A stretch of DNA of 64,000 nucleotides from Anaerolineales bacterium. GTDB lineage: Bacteria > Chloroflexota > Anaerolineae > Anaerolineales > E44-bin32. Shown in pieces: positions 27,405-36,817 of the stretch. The notes under the pieces are model-generated. The model was not told the DNA's origin. It saw only the letters and a list, made by a program, of their open reading frames with translations, and did no database searches. How positions within the stretch are numbered: position 1 is the stretch's first letter; every line of letters starts with the position of its first letter. The stretch is from contig JARGGH010000018.1 in the NCBI GenBank assembly GCA_029210945.1, positions 148 through 64,147 of the forward strand. Direction: 5' to 3'. The position numbers and the translations under genes were made by a program.

Positions 27405-30398
27405 TCAGCTCCGCAGCGATTTCCAGACCCGTTCCGGCGTCACCGGCGCGGCGAGCACATCCCCCCCGCAAGCATCCATGACGGCATTGGCGACGGCCGG
27501 AGCGACGCCATCGATGGGGATCTCCGCAACTGCCTTGACCCCGAAGGGATGCGAAGGCTCGATCGTCTCGACAAAGATCGTCTGCAGTTCAGGCATCTCA
27601 TGCGCTGCGAAGATATGGTAGTCCGTGAAGTCTACCTCTCTTGCCCGTCCTTGATCATCGTACAGCATCTCCTCGCAGACTGCATAACCCAGCGCCTGGG
27701 TCATGCCGCCCTCGACCTGGCCGGATGCGGTGAGCGGGTTCACGATGATGCCCGAATCCACCGCCATAACCAGCTTATCGACGACCACCTGCCCGGTCTC
27801 GATATCGACGGTCACTTCTGCAAACTGGGCCGCAAATGGCGGTGGGGCGACCGGCGACATGTACGAACCGACCGCCATGATCTGCTCCTGGTCCTCCTGG
27901 TGCAGCGAATGCAGCGCCACTTCGGCGAGCGTCACCGAACGGCCATCTGGCGACCAGGCTTGTTTATTCGCCAGCCGGATAGCTTCTGGTCGAACCGGGT
28001 CGCCCTCCTCGCCAAACATCTTGGCCGCCCGTGCGCGAATGCGCTCGGCGACCTGACGGGCCGCCCGGACCACCGCGGCTCCCGAAATATACGTCGTGCT
28101 GGAAGCATAGGCGCCTTTATCAAACGGTGTGAAATCTGTATCCGAGGAGTAGACGATGATGTCATCGATCGGCACGCCCAGCACCTCCGCAGCCTGCTGC
28201 GCGAGCACGGTGTCTGAACCCGTGCCGAGATCTGTCGCTCCGATCAGCAAATTAAACGAGCCGTCATCGTTGATCTTGATGCTCGCCCCGCCCATATCCA
28301 GATACGGGATGGCGGTGCCCTGCATGACCAGCGCTACCCCGATGCCCCTCCGCAGGTGCGGTTTGTCTTCCACTCGCTGCCAATCAGGTCGGTTGAACTT
28401 GCTGAACCAGTCGATCGCCAGCGAACCCTGCTTGGCGCAATCTTCAAGTCCGCAGGTGTTGATCGTCTCCGGCCGCGGTTCACGTCCCTCAGACCAGGCG
28501 GTGCTGAACGGATGGACCTCTCCGGCACGCAGCGCGTTCTTCAACCGGAATTCCAACGGGTCCAGTCCGAGTTCTCGGACGATGCGCTCCATGTGCCTTT
28601 CAACCGCCCAGAAACCCTGCGGCACCCCATAGCCGCGGTAAGCGCCGGAAGGCGGCGTGTTTGTGTAGACAATGTCGGCGTAGAAGCGGATGTTGGGCTC
28701 TTGCCGATATTCGCCATCACCGACGTAGAGAGCCATCGCTTTATGACCGGTGTTGCCCGTGACGGTCAGCGCGTGGCAGCCATAGGCGCCCGTGTCGCTC
28801 AACGCGTACATCTCGTTCGCCGTGATGGTTCCGTCGTTTTTAACGCCCGTCTTCATCCTGATGCGCATCGGGTGCCGCGAGCGTGATGCGAAAAACTCTT
28901 CGGCGCGCGTGTACTCGATGCGCACGGGCCGTCCGGTCGCGATCGTCAGGTGAGCGGCTACGTCTTCAACAAGCACTTCCTGCTTCCCGCCGAATCCACC
29001 CCCGATGCGGGGCTTTATCACGCGGATGCGCTTCGCCGGCAGCCCGAGGACTGGTGCCAGCTGGCGGCGAGCGTGGAATGGGACCTGGGTGCTCGTGCGG
29101 ATCACCAGACGGTCATCCTCATCCCAATAGGTAATGGCGATATGCGGCTCGATGTGTGCTTGCTGGACTTTAGGCACTTCATAGGTCGCTTCGAAAATGT
29201 GATCAGCTTCATCAAACCCGCGCTCGACCTCGCCAATATCGATCCGGATCTTGGCCGCCAGGTTTCGCCCGGGGTCGGAAAGGTCGAAATTCACATAATC
29301 TGGTTCATCATGGATTTGAGCTGCCCCTTCTTCCAGCGCATCCGCAGGATCCAGGATTGCGGGAAGCTGTTCGTATTCGACCTCGATCAGAGCCAGTGCC
29401 TGCTCGGCGATCGCTTCGTTTTCAGCGGCGACGAACGCCACCCGATCGCCCACGAAACGCACCTTGTTATCCAGCGAGAAGCTGTCGAGCGGTCCCGGGA
29501 TCGGGTGAGATTGACCCGCAGTGGAATAGGCCACCCGCGGGATATCCTTCCACGTCAGCACGGCGGCGACGCCCTCCAGGGCGCGCGCCTTTGAAGCGTC
29601 GATGTGCTTAATGCGGGCATGTGCAACCGGGCTGTGCAAGATTTTCGCGACCAGCATGCCGCGCAGCTCAACATCCGCCGTGAATGCGGGTTTTCCCTGG
29701 ACCAGCTTGACAGCGTCAACTTTCGGCTCAGGATGGCCAACGGTATGCAGCGGTTCTGGATGATGGGCGACCTGTATGCGGGGCATCACCGTCGTTTCCA
29801 ATGAGACCTGCGTTCCACCGGGATCCCACCCTGCACGGCTTTCCCGTTCAGGTGCCGGCGTGATCAAGTCTTTCGGGGCTAGAATCGGACCGTCAATCGG
29901 TTCGACCTGTTCGCCACGCAGGACTGCCGCGGCGCGCAGGATAGCCTGCACCGGCTTGATATAGCCGGTGCAGCGGCAGAGCACCCCCGACAGAGATTCA
30001 CGCACTTCCTCTTCCGAAGGTTCCGGGTTCGCAGCCAAAAGCGACCGCGCCGCGAGCACCATGGCGGGCGTGCAGAATCCGCACTGGATCGCCCCGGTCT
30101 CGACAAACGCTTGCTGGACTGCATCCAGGCCGGCGCCGCTGCGCCAACCCTGGTCAGGGTGCTCGCCAACCGATTCGATCGTCGTGATCGAATGGCCTTC
30201 AACCTGCGCGGCGAGCATCACGCAGCTGTTCACTGGCTGCCCATCAAACAGCACCGTACAGGCGCCGCACTCACCCGTTTCGCAGCCGTGTTTCACACCG
30301 AAGAGGCCAAACTCATCCCGCAGGGCGTCGAGCAGCAGCGTATCCCCGGCAACGTCGAGTTCAACCGGTTCACCATTCAATAGAAATTGGATCTGCAT
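27405..30398 (-). CDS. xdhD: XdhD-like Mo-hydroxylase ([2Fe-2S] + molybdopterin fusion)
   Basis: GCETGECGAC, QCGFCTP, CRCTGY, GGGFGGKQE, AYRGYG, FDKGAYASSTT; architecture like E. coli XdhD. Confidence 0.85.
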   Translation of the reverse strand: MQIQFLLNGEPVELDVAGDTLLLDALRDEFGLFGVKHGCETGECGACTVLFDGQPVNSCVMLAAQVEGHSITTIESVGEHPDQGWRSGAGLDAVQQAFVETGAIQCGFCTPAMVLAARSLLAANPEPSEEEVRESLSGVLCRCTGYIKPVQAILRAAAVLRGEQVEPIDGPILAPKDLITPAPERESRAGWDPGGTQVSLETTVMPRIQVAHHPEPLHTVGHPEPKVDAVKLVQGKPAFTADVELRGMLVAKILHSPVAHARIKHIDASKARALEGVAAVLTWKDIPRVAYSTAGQSHPIPGPLDSFSLDNKVRFVGDRVAFVAAENEAIAEQALALIEVEYEQLPAILDPADALEEGAAQIHDEPDYVNFDLSDPGRNLAAKIRIDIGEVERGFDEADHIFEATYEVPKVQQAHIEPHIAITYWDEDDRLVIRTSTQVPFHARRQLAPVLGLPAKRIRVIKPRIGGGFGGKQEVLVEDVAAHLTIATGRPVRIEYTRAEEFFASRSRHPMRIRMKTGVKNDGTITANEMYALSDTGAYGCHALTVTGNTGHKAMALYVGDGEYRQEPNIRFYADIVYTNTPPSGAYRGYGVPQGFWAVERHMERIVRELGLDPLEFRLKNALRAGEVHPFSTAWSEGREPRPETINTCGLEDCAKQGSLAIDWFSKFNRPDWQRVEDKPHLRRGIGVALVMQGTAIPYLDMGGASIKINDDGSFNLLIGATDLGTGSDTVLAQQAAEVLGVPIDDIIVYSSDTDFTPFDKGAYASSTTYISGAAVVRAARQVAERIRARAAKMFGEEGDPVRPEAIRLANKQAWSPDGRSVTLAEVALHSLHQEDQEQIMAVGSYMSPVAPPPFAAQFAEVTVDIETGQVVVDKLVMAVDSGIIVNPLTASGQVEGGMTQALGYAVCEEMLYDDQGRAREVDFTDYHIFAAHEMPELQTIFVETIEPSHPFGVKAVAEIPIDGVAPAVANAVMDACGGDVLAAPVTPERVWKSLRS

Positions 30399-31147
30399 CA
30401 GCTTTGCACCTCTTCCAGCACGCGTTCAACCAGGATCGAGACGACCTCGGAACGATATTCCGCGCTCGCAAATACATCACCGGCGTCTGAGTAGCGCCGT
30501 GCCGCCTGCTGCCTGGCCGCCTCAACCGCATCTCCCGCCACAGGATCAAGCAGCCGCGGTCGTTCACCATAGCCACCGATCGCGATGGAGTACTTCTTCC
30601 CGTCAGCCGGAGCTACCGCGGCAGCACTCACCAACGGCCGGTCGGCCGGTGAGCGCGCGACGTATTCATAATGCAGGGCTCCTGGCAAAGCGAATGCGAT
30701 GCGCTCGATGAGAAAGGGAGTCTCCCCCGTCATACGATTATCAAGGAGCTTGTCCAGGGGGACCTCAGAAGCCTCGCCGCTGATCGAAACGCTCGTCTGC
30801 AGAGCGAGCAGGACCAGCACTAGCGGCGAGCGGGCGTTGGCAGTCATAATCGTGCCACCCAGAGTGGCCATATTGCGCAAATTCAAGCTTGCCTCAAACC
30901 GGGCTGCCCGGCGCAGCTGTGCGGGCAGTTCGAAATCGGGATCCAGTAAACGCTGGATCCTGGTCGCGGCGCCGATCCTGACCGTCCCGGACTGGATCTC
31001 AATCTGGTCAAGGCCCAATCTGTCGAGATCAACGACCGCTTCGAGCGTGCGCCGCTCGGGAGCCAGCGCCGTGCCGCCTGCCAGCGGAACGCCCTCCGAG
31101 AGCAGCTCCAGCGCTTCCTCAATCGTTTCCGGTCGGTAATATTTCAT
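30398..31147 (-). CDS. YgfM-like FAD-binding subunit
   Basis: YYRPETIEEAL, PLAGGT, LRNMATLGG, SAEYR; translationally coupled to the xdhD-like gene. Confidence 0.85.
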   Translation of the reverse strand: MKYYRPETIEEALELLSEGVPLAGGTALAPERRTLEAVVDLDRLGLDQIEIQSGTVRIGAATRIQRLLDPDFELPAQLRRAARFEASLNLRNMATLGGTIMTANARSPLVLVLLALQTSVSISGEASEVPLDKLLDNRMTGETPFLIERIAFALPGALHYEYVARSPADRPLVSAAAVAPADGKKYSIAIGGYGERPRLLDPVAGDAVEAARQQAARRYSDAGDVFASAEYRSEVVSILVERVLEEVQS

Positions 31148-31671
31148 CTCCCACTTCCTTGTTCATCTTCGGCATCCGCATACACTCTCCACCCCAGCGC
31201 CTCCAGGACCTCCGTCTCCTCCGGGGCTTCAGACAGATCCGCCAGCACGGCTTCGGCTTCAGCAGCCAGGGTGCCGTCGTTAAGTCGGACCTCAGCGTGA
31301 GCGGTGACCAATCTGCCCCGGTCCTCCTCCACCCAGCCCTGCAAACGGATCGTTTCACCGGTCGGCACCGGACGTCGGTAGCGGATAGCCAGTTTGGCGG
31401 TCAGGCGGAAATGCGTGTGGTCATCGATCATCGCCGCCCTTCCAGCGACCTCATCCAGCATGGCCGCGACGATCCCGCCATGAACGATGCCAGGATAGCC
31501 CTGATAGGATTCGGGCAGGCAGGGTTCGGCAGCTACGCGGCCTTGCCCGTCCTCGAAGAATTCCAGACCCAGACCGCTCTTATTCTCAACACCGCAAACG
31601 AAACAGTGTCTGGAATTCGGCTGCTTGATGCGCGCCGGAGCGCCGGACTGCTCAGATCGCTTCTCCTTCAT
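31144..31671 (-). CDS. PaaI-family hotdog thioesterase
   Basis: CFVCGVEN..GL, YQGYPGIVHGGIVAAMLDE. Confidence 0.9.
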   Translation of the reverse strand: MKEKRSEQSGAPARIKQPNSRHCFVCGVENKSGLGLEFFEDGQGRVAAEPCLPESYQGYPGIVHGGIVAAMLDEVAGRAAMIDDHTHFRLTAKLAIRYRRPVPTGETIRLQGWVEEDRGRLVTAHAEVRLNDGTLAAEAEAVLADLSEAPEETEVLEALGWRVYADAEDEQGSGR

Positions 31672-31717
31672 GGGCTTATCTCCTTGAAGCTAGTTTGGCG
31701 CCCAATTTTCCTGCTGG

Positions 31718-32722
31718 TCAGTTATGCGGGCTGAAGGTGTCTACAAGCAGTTTTACATCCCCGCCGACCGGGTAGAGGATCGGGGAGGTCGCGCCGTTAT
31801 CCAGATACTCCTGAACCTTCGCCCGCGCCTGTTCCGGCGTTCCCGAGGCGGTGATCCTGGTGACCAATTCGTCGGGCACAAGGTGCTTTGCACGCTGAAT
31901 CTGCTCGTGCGTGGCCGGCCAGCCAAGAATCGACTGGATTTCATCGACCACACTCTGGTCCACCTCGCTGGCCTTGGCGATGTGCGGCTGCTGGGCCAGA
32001 TACTGTGTGAGCAGTTCGCGGCTGGTGTCGAGCGCCTTAGCCTCATCTTCATCCACCGAACAAACCACAAGCTGAGGCCGGTCGAGATCATCGATCCGGC
32101 GCCCGGCTTTCTTTGCGCCCGCTTCCAGCCGGTCCATCGCCTGCAGGTTGTAGCTCGGCGGGACGCAGTAGTTGAGCACAGCTCCATCTGCGATTTCGCC
32201 GGTCAACTCCATCATCTTGGGGCCTGTCGCCCCGATATAGATGGGGACATTGCGTGGCTCCTTGCGACCGTGCACGACGTCTAATTCGATGCCTTCAACA
32301 TCGTGGAATTCGCCGTGAAAGGTGACCTGCTCCATGTTCAGCAGCCGGCGCAGGACCTCAACGGTCTCGCGCATGGCGGTCAGCGGTTTGCGGCGGTCGA
32401 TGCCGACGTTCTTAGCCAACGGATCCCACCACGCCCCGATGCCGCAGATAATCCGGTCGGGAGCCAGGTCGTCCAGCGTGAGGAACGTTGCCGCTAACAA
32501 TCCAATATTGCGCGTCCAGTTGTTGATCACGCCCGACCCCACCTTGATCCGTTCGGTGACTGCGGCGTAGGCTGCCATCGGTACAATTGCATCGCGGACG
32601 AGCCTGGATTCCGCCTGCCACACCGCTTCAAAGCCTTTCTCCTCAGCATAGCGAGCGTAATCCAGCTCATCTCTCAGATCATGGGCATCCTGCAGATAAA
32701 GCGCTACTCGTTCGAGACTCAT
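31718..32722 (-). CDS. LLM-class (luciferase-like), probably F420-dependent, Mer-like reductase
   Basis: [40 protein letters not shown]; overlaps cofC by 4 nt. Confidence 0.9.
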   Translation of the reverse strand: MSLERVALYLQDAHDLRDELDYARYAEEKGFEAVWQAESRLVRDAIVPMAAYAAVTERIKVGSGVINNWTRNIGLLAATFLTLDDLAPDRIICGIGAWWDPLAKNVGIDRRKPLTAMRETVEVLRRLLNMEQVTFHGEFHDVEGIELDVVHGRKEPRNVPIYIGATGPKMMELTGEIADGAVLNYCVPPSYNLQAMDRLEAGAKKAGRRIDDLDRPQLVVCSVDEDEAKALDTSRELLTQYLAQQPHIAKASEVDQSVVDEIQSILGWPATHEQIQRAKHLVPDELVTRITASGTPEQARAKVQEYLDNGATSPILYPVGGDVKLLVDTFSPHN

Positions 32723-33348
32723 CCTTCACCCTCCTGCACTATTAGGTTTGATTTCAATCCTGCTTGCAGCACTTCGAGATCCTCCGGCAGGTCAAGATCC
32801 AGACCCAACGAAGAAATTTCGCAGATCTCAACCCGGGCGCCGGCTTCTTTCGCACGATGAACGTGGTGCTCGAAGCTGTCCGGGCCAAAATCGTAATCAA
32901 TCAGACCCGGCGGCGAAGCCAGCAGGGCATTCGTGCCGCTCCGGCGTCGATCCGGGGCGATGACCACCACGGGCGGGTCCTTCGCCTTAGCGACCAACAT
33001 CTGAATATCTTCAACCGTGATCAGGGGCAAGTCCGCCGGCAGGACGAGCACACCGGATACGCCGTAGCCCTGGGCGACGATCGTTGCGCGCACCAGGGCG
33101 CGGTTAAGTTTCGGAGAGCCGCGTTCAGCGACGGTGCGGGCACCATGCTGACGGGCGATGGACAAAGCTTGAGTGTCCCTGCTCACCACTAATGTATGCT
33201 CAATTTCCTGCACACCATTGAGCGTATTCAGCGTATGGACCAACATCTTGCGACTCAATTCGGCACGTTCCTCATCCGATAGTACGCCTGACAGCCGTGA
33301 CTTCGACCGTCGCAACGGTTTGATGGGGACGATCGCCCAGTAAGTCAT
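32719..33348 (-). CDS. cofC: 2-phospho-L-lactate/PEP guanylyltransferase
   Basis: AIVPIK....[31 protein letters not shown]. Confidence 0.93.
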   Translation of the reverse strand: MTYWAIVPIKPLRRSKSRLSGVLSDEERAELSRKMLVHTLNTLNGVQEIEHTLVVSRDTQALSIARQHGARTVAERGSPKLNRALVRATIVAQGYGVSGVLVLPADLPLITVEDIQMLVAKAKDPPVVVIAPDRRRSGTNALLASPPGLIDYDFGPDSFEHHVHRAKEAGARVEICEISSLGLDLDLPEDLEVLQAGLKSNLIVQEGEG

Positions 33349-34292
33349 GTGGAGCGCATCCTTTCCTGGATCTGCTGCGCGAACTCGAGAATGGTGTCGG
33401 CCAAGTTTCTTCGGTCATGGTAATCGTTCATCACGGTCTGTGTTACGCAAGTCTGAAGGCCGAGAACCTGCACTTGTGATTCTAATTCAAGATCGGCATG
33501 ATCGAGCACAAATCCGTCGAGCAGTGATCGGTAGTGTTCGGCCACGGTGAGGGCCGAGGCTTCAAACCCCAGCTGCTGATACATCATCGCCGCCGGTCCT
33601 TTGAGCGCGCGGCCGCCAATGATAGGCGATACCCCGACCACAGGCTTCTGGCCAACTGCGCTGCGAACACCCTCGATGGCAAGAATCGGATCGAGGCTCA
33701 CCCAGGGGTTCGACGGGCAAAGCACAACCAGATCTGCTTCACCTATGGCCTCGAGGACGCCGGCGGCCGGTTTCGCAGAGTCAAGCCCTTCGAAACGAAA
33801 GCCGCGCACCTCGGGCTCACAACGCAGGGCCACGAAATAGGTCTGGAAGGCGAGCTCGCCCCCCTCTGTCTGGACCTTCGTCGCGACGCGCTCGTCGGAC
33901 ATCGGCAGGATCGTTGATCGCACCCCCAGCGTAGAACAGAAATCACCGGTGATCGCTGTGAGCGTTTCGCCTTGTCCAAGCCTGCGGGTCCGTTCCAGAT
34001 GCAGCGCCAGGTCTTTGTCTCCAAGCCGGAACCACGTTGGGCCGCCAAGCAACCTGAGCGTGTCGAGACAAATCCAGCTCTCATCCGCGCGCCCCCAGCC
34101 CTTCTCTGGATCTGCCAGGCCCGCCAGCGTATACATAACCGTGTCGAGGTCAGGTGAAATCCTGAGTCCGAGATATTCGAAGTCATCGCCGGTGTTGACG
34201 ATGACGGTTAAATCCCCCGCCGGCAGCACCTGGTCCAAGCCATGTGCCAGTTTTGCCCCTCCGACTCCACCTGCCAGCGCGGCGACTTTCAT
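33345..34292 (-). CDS. cofD: 2-phospho-L-lactate transferase
   Basis: LAGGVGGAK, VNTGDD, ISPDLDTVMY, WFRLGDKD, PSNPWVS, ALKGPA. Confidence 0.95.
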   Translation of the reverse strand: MKVAALAGGVGGAKLAHGLDQVLPAGDLTVIVNTGDDFEYLGLRISPDLDTVMYTLAGLADPEKGWGRADESWICLDTLRLLGGPTWFRLGDKDLALHLERTRRLGQGETLTAITGDFCSTLGVRSTILPMSDERVATKVQTEGGELAFQTYFVALRCEPEVRGFRFEGLDSAKPAAGVLEAIGEADLVVLCPSNPWVSLDPILAIEGVRSAVGQKPVVGVSPIIGGRALKGPAAMMYQQLGFEASALTVAEHYRSLLDGFVLDHADLELESQVQVLGLQTCVTQTVMNDYHDRRNLADTILEFAQQIQERMRST

Positions 34293-34903
34293 TTCCAGAG
34301 CGTAACCTCCCCCAGCCGCTTGCGCCCGCGTGCCTTTCCCGGATCGGCCGGATACCCCAGCAGGATCAAGCCCTGCGGCGACCAGCTCTGCGGAAGCCCG
34401 AGCTCATCTCTGACAAGGTTGGGTACGAACAACGGGGCACAGATCCAGCAGCCGCCGAGACCTTCCGCATGCGCAGCGAGCAAGATGTTCTGACCTGCCA
34501 TCGCCACACCCTGGACACCCATCAGAAACTCGGCCTGACGGCGCGCTGGATCCGGGTATTCATCCATTGTCTCCTGATCCATGCATACGACGACGACGAC
34601 CGGCGCCCCGCTGATGCGGGCGTACGAGCGCTCGACGTCTCGCTCGATCGCAGCCGGTTCCAGACCATCCCGCTCGAGGTCTTCACGCAGCCGTTCGCCC
34701 ATCCTGCGGGCCAGGCGCTCTCTTGCCTCCAGTGCCCGCAACACCACGAAGCGCCACGGCTGGCGATTGTGTGCAGAAGGCGCGTGAATGCCGGCCGCGA
34801 GGATCCGTTTCAGCACGCCCTCAACGACCGGCGTACCCTTGAAACGCCGCACGGAATGGCGGCCCTCAATAAGCTTGTAAAACGAGTCTGCGGGGTCGCT
34901 CAT
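34289..34903 (-). CDS. Nitroreductase-family protein (FbiB C-terminal-like, putative dehydro-F420 reductase)
   Basis: RHSVRRF, APSAHNRQPWRF, QNILLAAHAEGLGGCW; located between cofE and cofD. Confidence 0.85.
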   Translation of the reverse strand: MSDPADSFYKLIEGRHSVRRFKGTPVVEGVLKRILAAGIHAPSAHNRQPWRFVVLRALEARERLARRMGERLREDLERDGLEPAAIERDVERSYARISGAPVVVVVCMDQETMDEYPDPARRQAEFLMGVQGVAMAGQNILLAAHAEGLGGCWICAPLFVPNLVRDELGLPQSWSPQGLILLGYPADPGKARGRKRLGEVTLWK

Positions 34904-35298
34904 CCGCGTACGCTGACCGAGTTCGCTTCAATCACAAACATCACCCGTCCCTCGCGCTGATATCCCCGGAATTCGCGTTCTCCTGTGTACTTATCTGCAA
35001 GTTTGTGGATGTGCTCCAGGGCGCCATCTTCGATGCGATCCACAACACGACCTCGAACCTGCAGATATCGATAGGGATTCTTGGGATCAATAACTAGGAA
35101 TGCCACCCGGGGACGGCTGCTCATGTTCTGTTCCTTAACCCGCCCTTTGGCGGTGTTCACCCGAATCCTACCATCGATGAAATCAAACCAAACCGGTGTA
35201 ACCTGCGGCGACCCGTCGGGCATTATTGTTGCCAGAGATGCTAAGACCTCAGCCTCATCCGTCAACAGGTCACGATGCGTATAGGGAATCTCAACCAT
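34900..35298 (-). CDS. PPOX-class F420-dependent oxidoreductase
   Basis: LATIMPDGSPQVTPVWF, GRVKEQN, NPYRYLQVRG, LADKY. Confidence 0.9.
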   Translation of the reverse strand: MVEIPYTHRDLLTDEAEVLASLATIMPDGSPQVTPVWFDFIDGRIRVNTAKGRVKEQNMSSRPRVAFLVIDPKNPYRYLQVRGRVVDRIEDGALEHIHKLADKYTGEREFRGYQREGRVMFVIEANSVSVRG

Positions 35299-35351
35299 AA
35301 ATCACCGCCGACCTTACTCGTTCGAAGGGTTATTGGAAGAGCTTGAGCAAT

Positions 35352-36128
35352 TTATCGGAATAGATCATCCTCCTTCGAACGGACAATTTCTCTTACCGAT
35401 CCCTCCCGCAGCGGGTAGGGAAGGCCCCGCAGGTGTATCACCGGTCGGCCCTCATTCGCCTGCCCCATTAGGACGGATGCGCCCGATGCAATCTCGTCCG
35501 CCAAGCCCACTTCCGTGCTCTTTAATATGACGTCGAACAGATCCGGCTCGCCGCGCAGGTCAAGCAACACGGGGAATCCGGCCGCCCCGATGCACACCCC
35601 GGCAGTCCCCATGCGCCAGGCGCGTCCGTGTGAGTCGATGATCAACACGGCTACCTGCTTGCCAGTCTCCCGAACCAGCCCATCTCGCAGCAGGTGCGCG
35701 GAGCGATCTGGATCCTCGGGCAGCAGCAGGACCCAGTCGTCATCCTCTCCATACTCTCCTCGCACGTTAGAGCGGTCCACACCGGCATTGGCGCACACAA
35801 ATCCCAGCCGATGCTCAACGACGATCAAGCCTTCACGTAGCCGCAGGATCGAGCTGCTTTCGCCCAAAATAATTTCGAGAATACGGGGGTCTTTGCCAAT
35901 CTTCTCTGCCAGCTCAAGTGCTTCGGCGGAGGGTTCAATCTCCGGGAGATAAACTAAGCGACCTTCGGACTTCGAGACGATTTTCTGAGCGAGGATGAAG
36001 ACATCGCCCTCCTCGGCGGTAAGCTCTGCTCGATCCATTCCATCAACGATCAGCTGCACCAAATCGTCTCCGGGGTGAATAAGAGGAAGTTCTGGCAGAG
36101 CCGTGAAGATGAGCTGCTTGGCTTGCAT
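35352..36128 (-). CDS. cofE: Coenzyme F420-0:L-glutamate ligase
   Basis: GDDL, QKIVSKSEG, ANAGVDRSN, LLPEDPD, DSHGRAWR, DLFR. Confidence 0.95.
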   Translation of the reverse strand: MQAKQLIFTALPELPLIHPGDDLVQLIVDGMDRAELTAEEGDVFILAQKIVSKSEGRLVYLPEIEPSAEALELAEKIGKDPRILEIILGESSSILRLREGLIVVEHRLGFVCANAGVDRSNVRGEYGEDDDWVLLLPEDPDRSAHLLRDGLVRETGKQVAVLIIDSHGRAWRMGTAGVCIGAAGFPVLLDLRGEPDLFDVILKSTEVGLADEIASGASVLMGQANEGRPVIHLRGLPYPLREGSVREIVRSKEDDLFR

Positions 36129-36130
36129 CC

Positions 36131-36793
36131 CTATCTCACGCCAGTGACGCGGATGCTGGCTTTCTTCGTATCGTAATGCTTGTTCATGGCGATCAGGATC
36201 GCTGTGAGTCCTTCGACCACGATCGCGTTGTCCAGGCTGCCAGCGTAATATCCGTTTAACCCCGCTCCCTCAACGAGTTTGACAACCTCGAATGCAGCAT
36301 CGATATCATCGGAGCAAATCAGCACATCAAGATCGAGCGGCTCGTCGACCGCTTCCTTCAAGCGGTGTGCGGGAACCGTCTGAAATGCGGCCACGACGCG
36401 CGCCTCAGGCCCGATTTCATCCTGCGCATAACGGGGTGCCGAGGGCGGTTCCGGTGGTTTTGGATCGCGGAAATCCACCCGCGCCGTCGTGTCGACGACG
36501 ATTTTGCCGTGCAGCCCCTCTTTAAGCGATCTCACGGTGGCAGCATGCGCGTCCTGCTTAACGGTCAGGACAACGATGTCAGCCCGCTCAATCGCTTCGC
36601 TGTTCTCCAGGCCGAGGATGCTTTCGATGCCAAGCTGCTCATTCAGTTCATCAGCCACGGCCTGCGCTTTCTCAGCCTGGCGAGAGCCGATGATGACCCG
36701 GTAGCCAGCCTGTGCCCAGCGCATGGCCAGACCTGGCCCGAGTTTTCCTGTCCCTCCAACCAGCGCAAGCGTAAGGATCAATTTATCTGACAT
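36131..36793 (-). CDS. npdG: NADPH-dependent F420 reductase
   Basis: GGTGKLGPGLAMRW, IGSRQAEKA, VVAAFQTV, NAIVVEGLT. Confidence 0.9.
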   Translation of the reverse strand: MSDKLILTLALVGGTGKLGPGLAMRWAQAGYRVIIGSRQAEKAQAVADELNEQLGIESILGLENSEAIERADIVVLTVKQDAHAATVRSLKEGLHGKIVVDTTARVDFRDPKPPEPPSAPRYAQDEIGPEARVVAAFQTVPAHRLKEAVDEPLDLDVLICSDDIDAAFEVVKLVEGAGLNGYYAGSLDNAIVVEGLTAILIAMNKHYDTKKASIRVTGVR

Positions 36794-36817
36794 ATCCTCT
36801 CCCGATCGATTCTTAGG

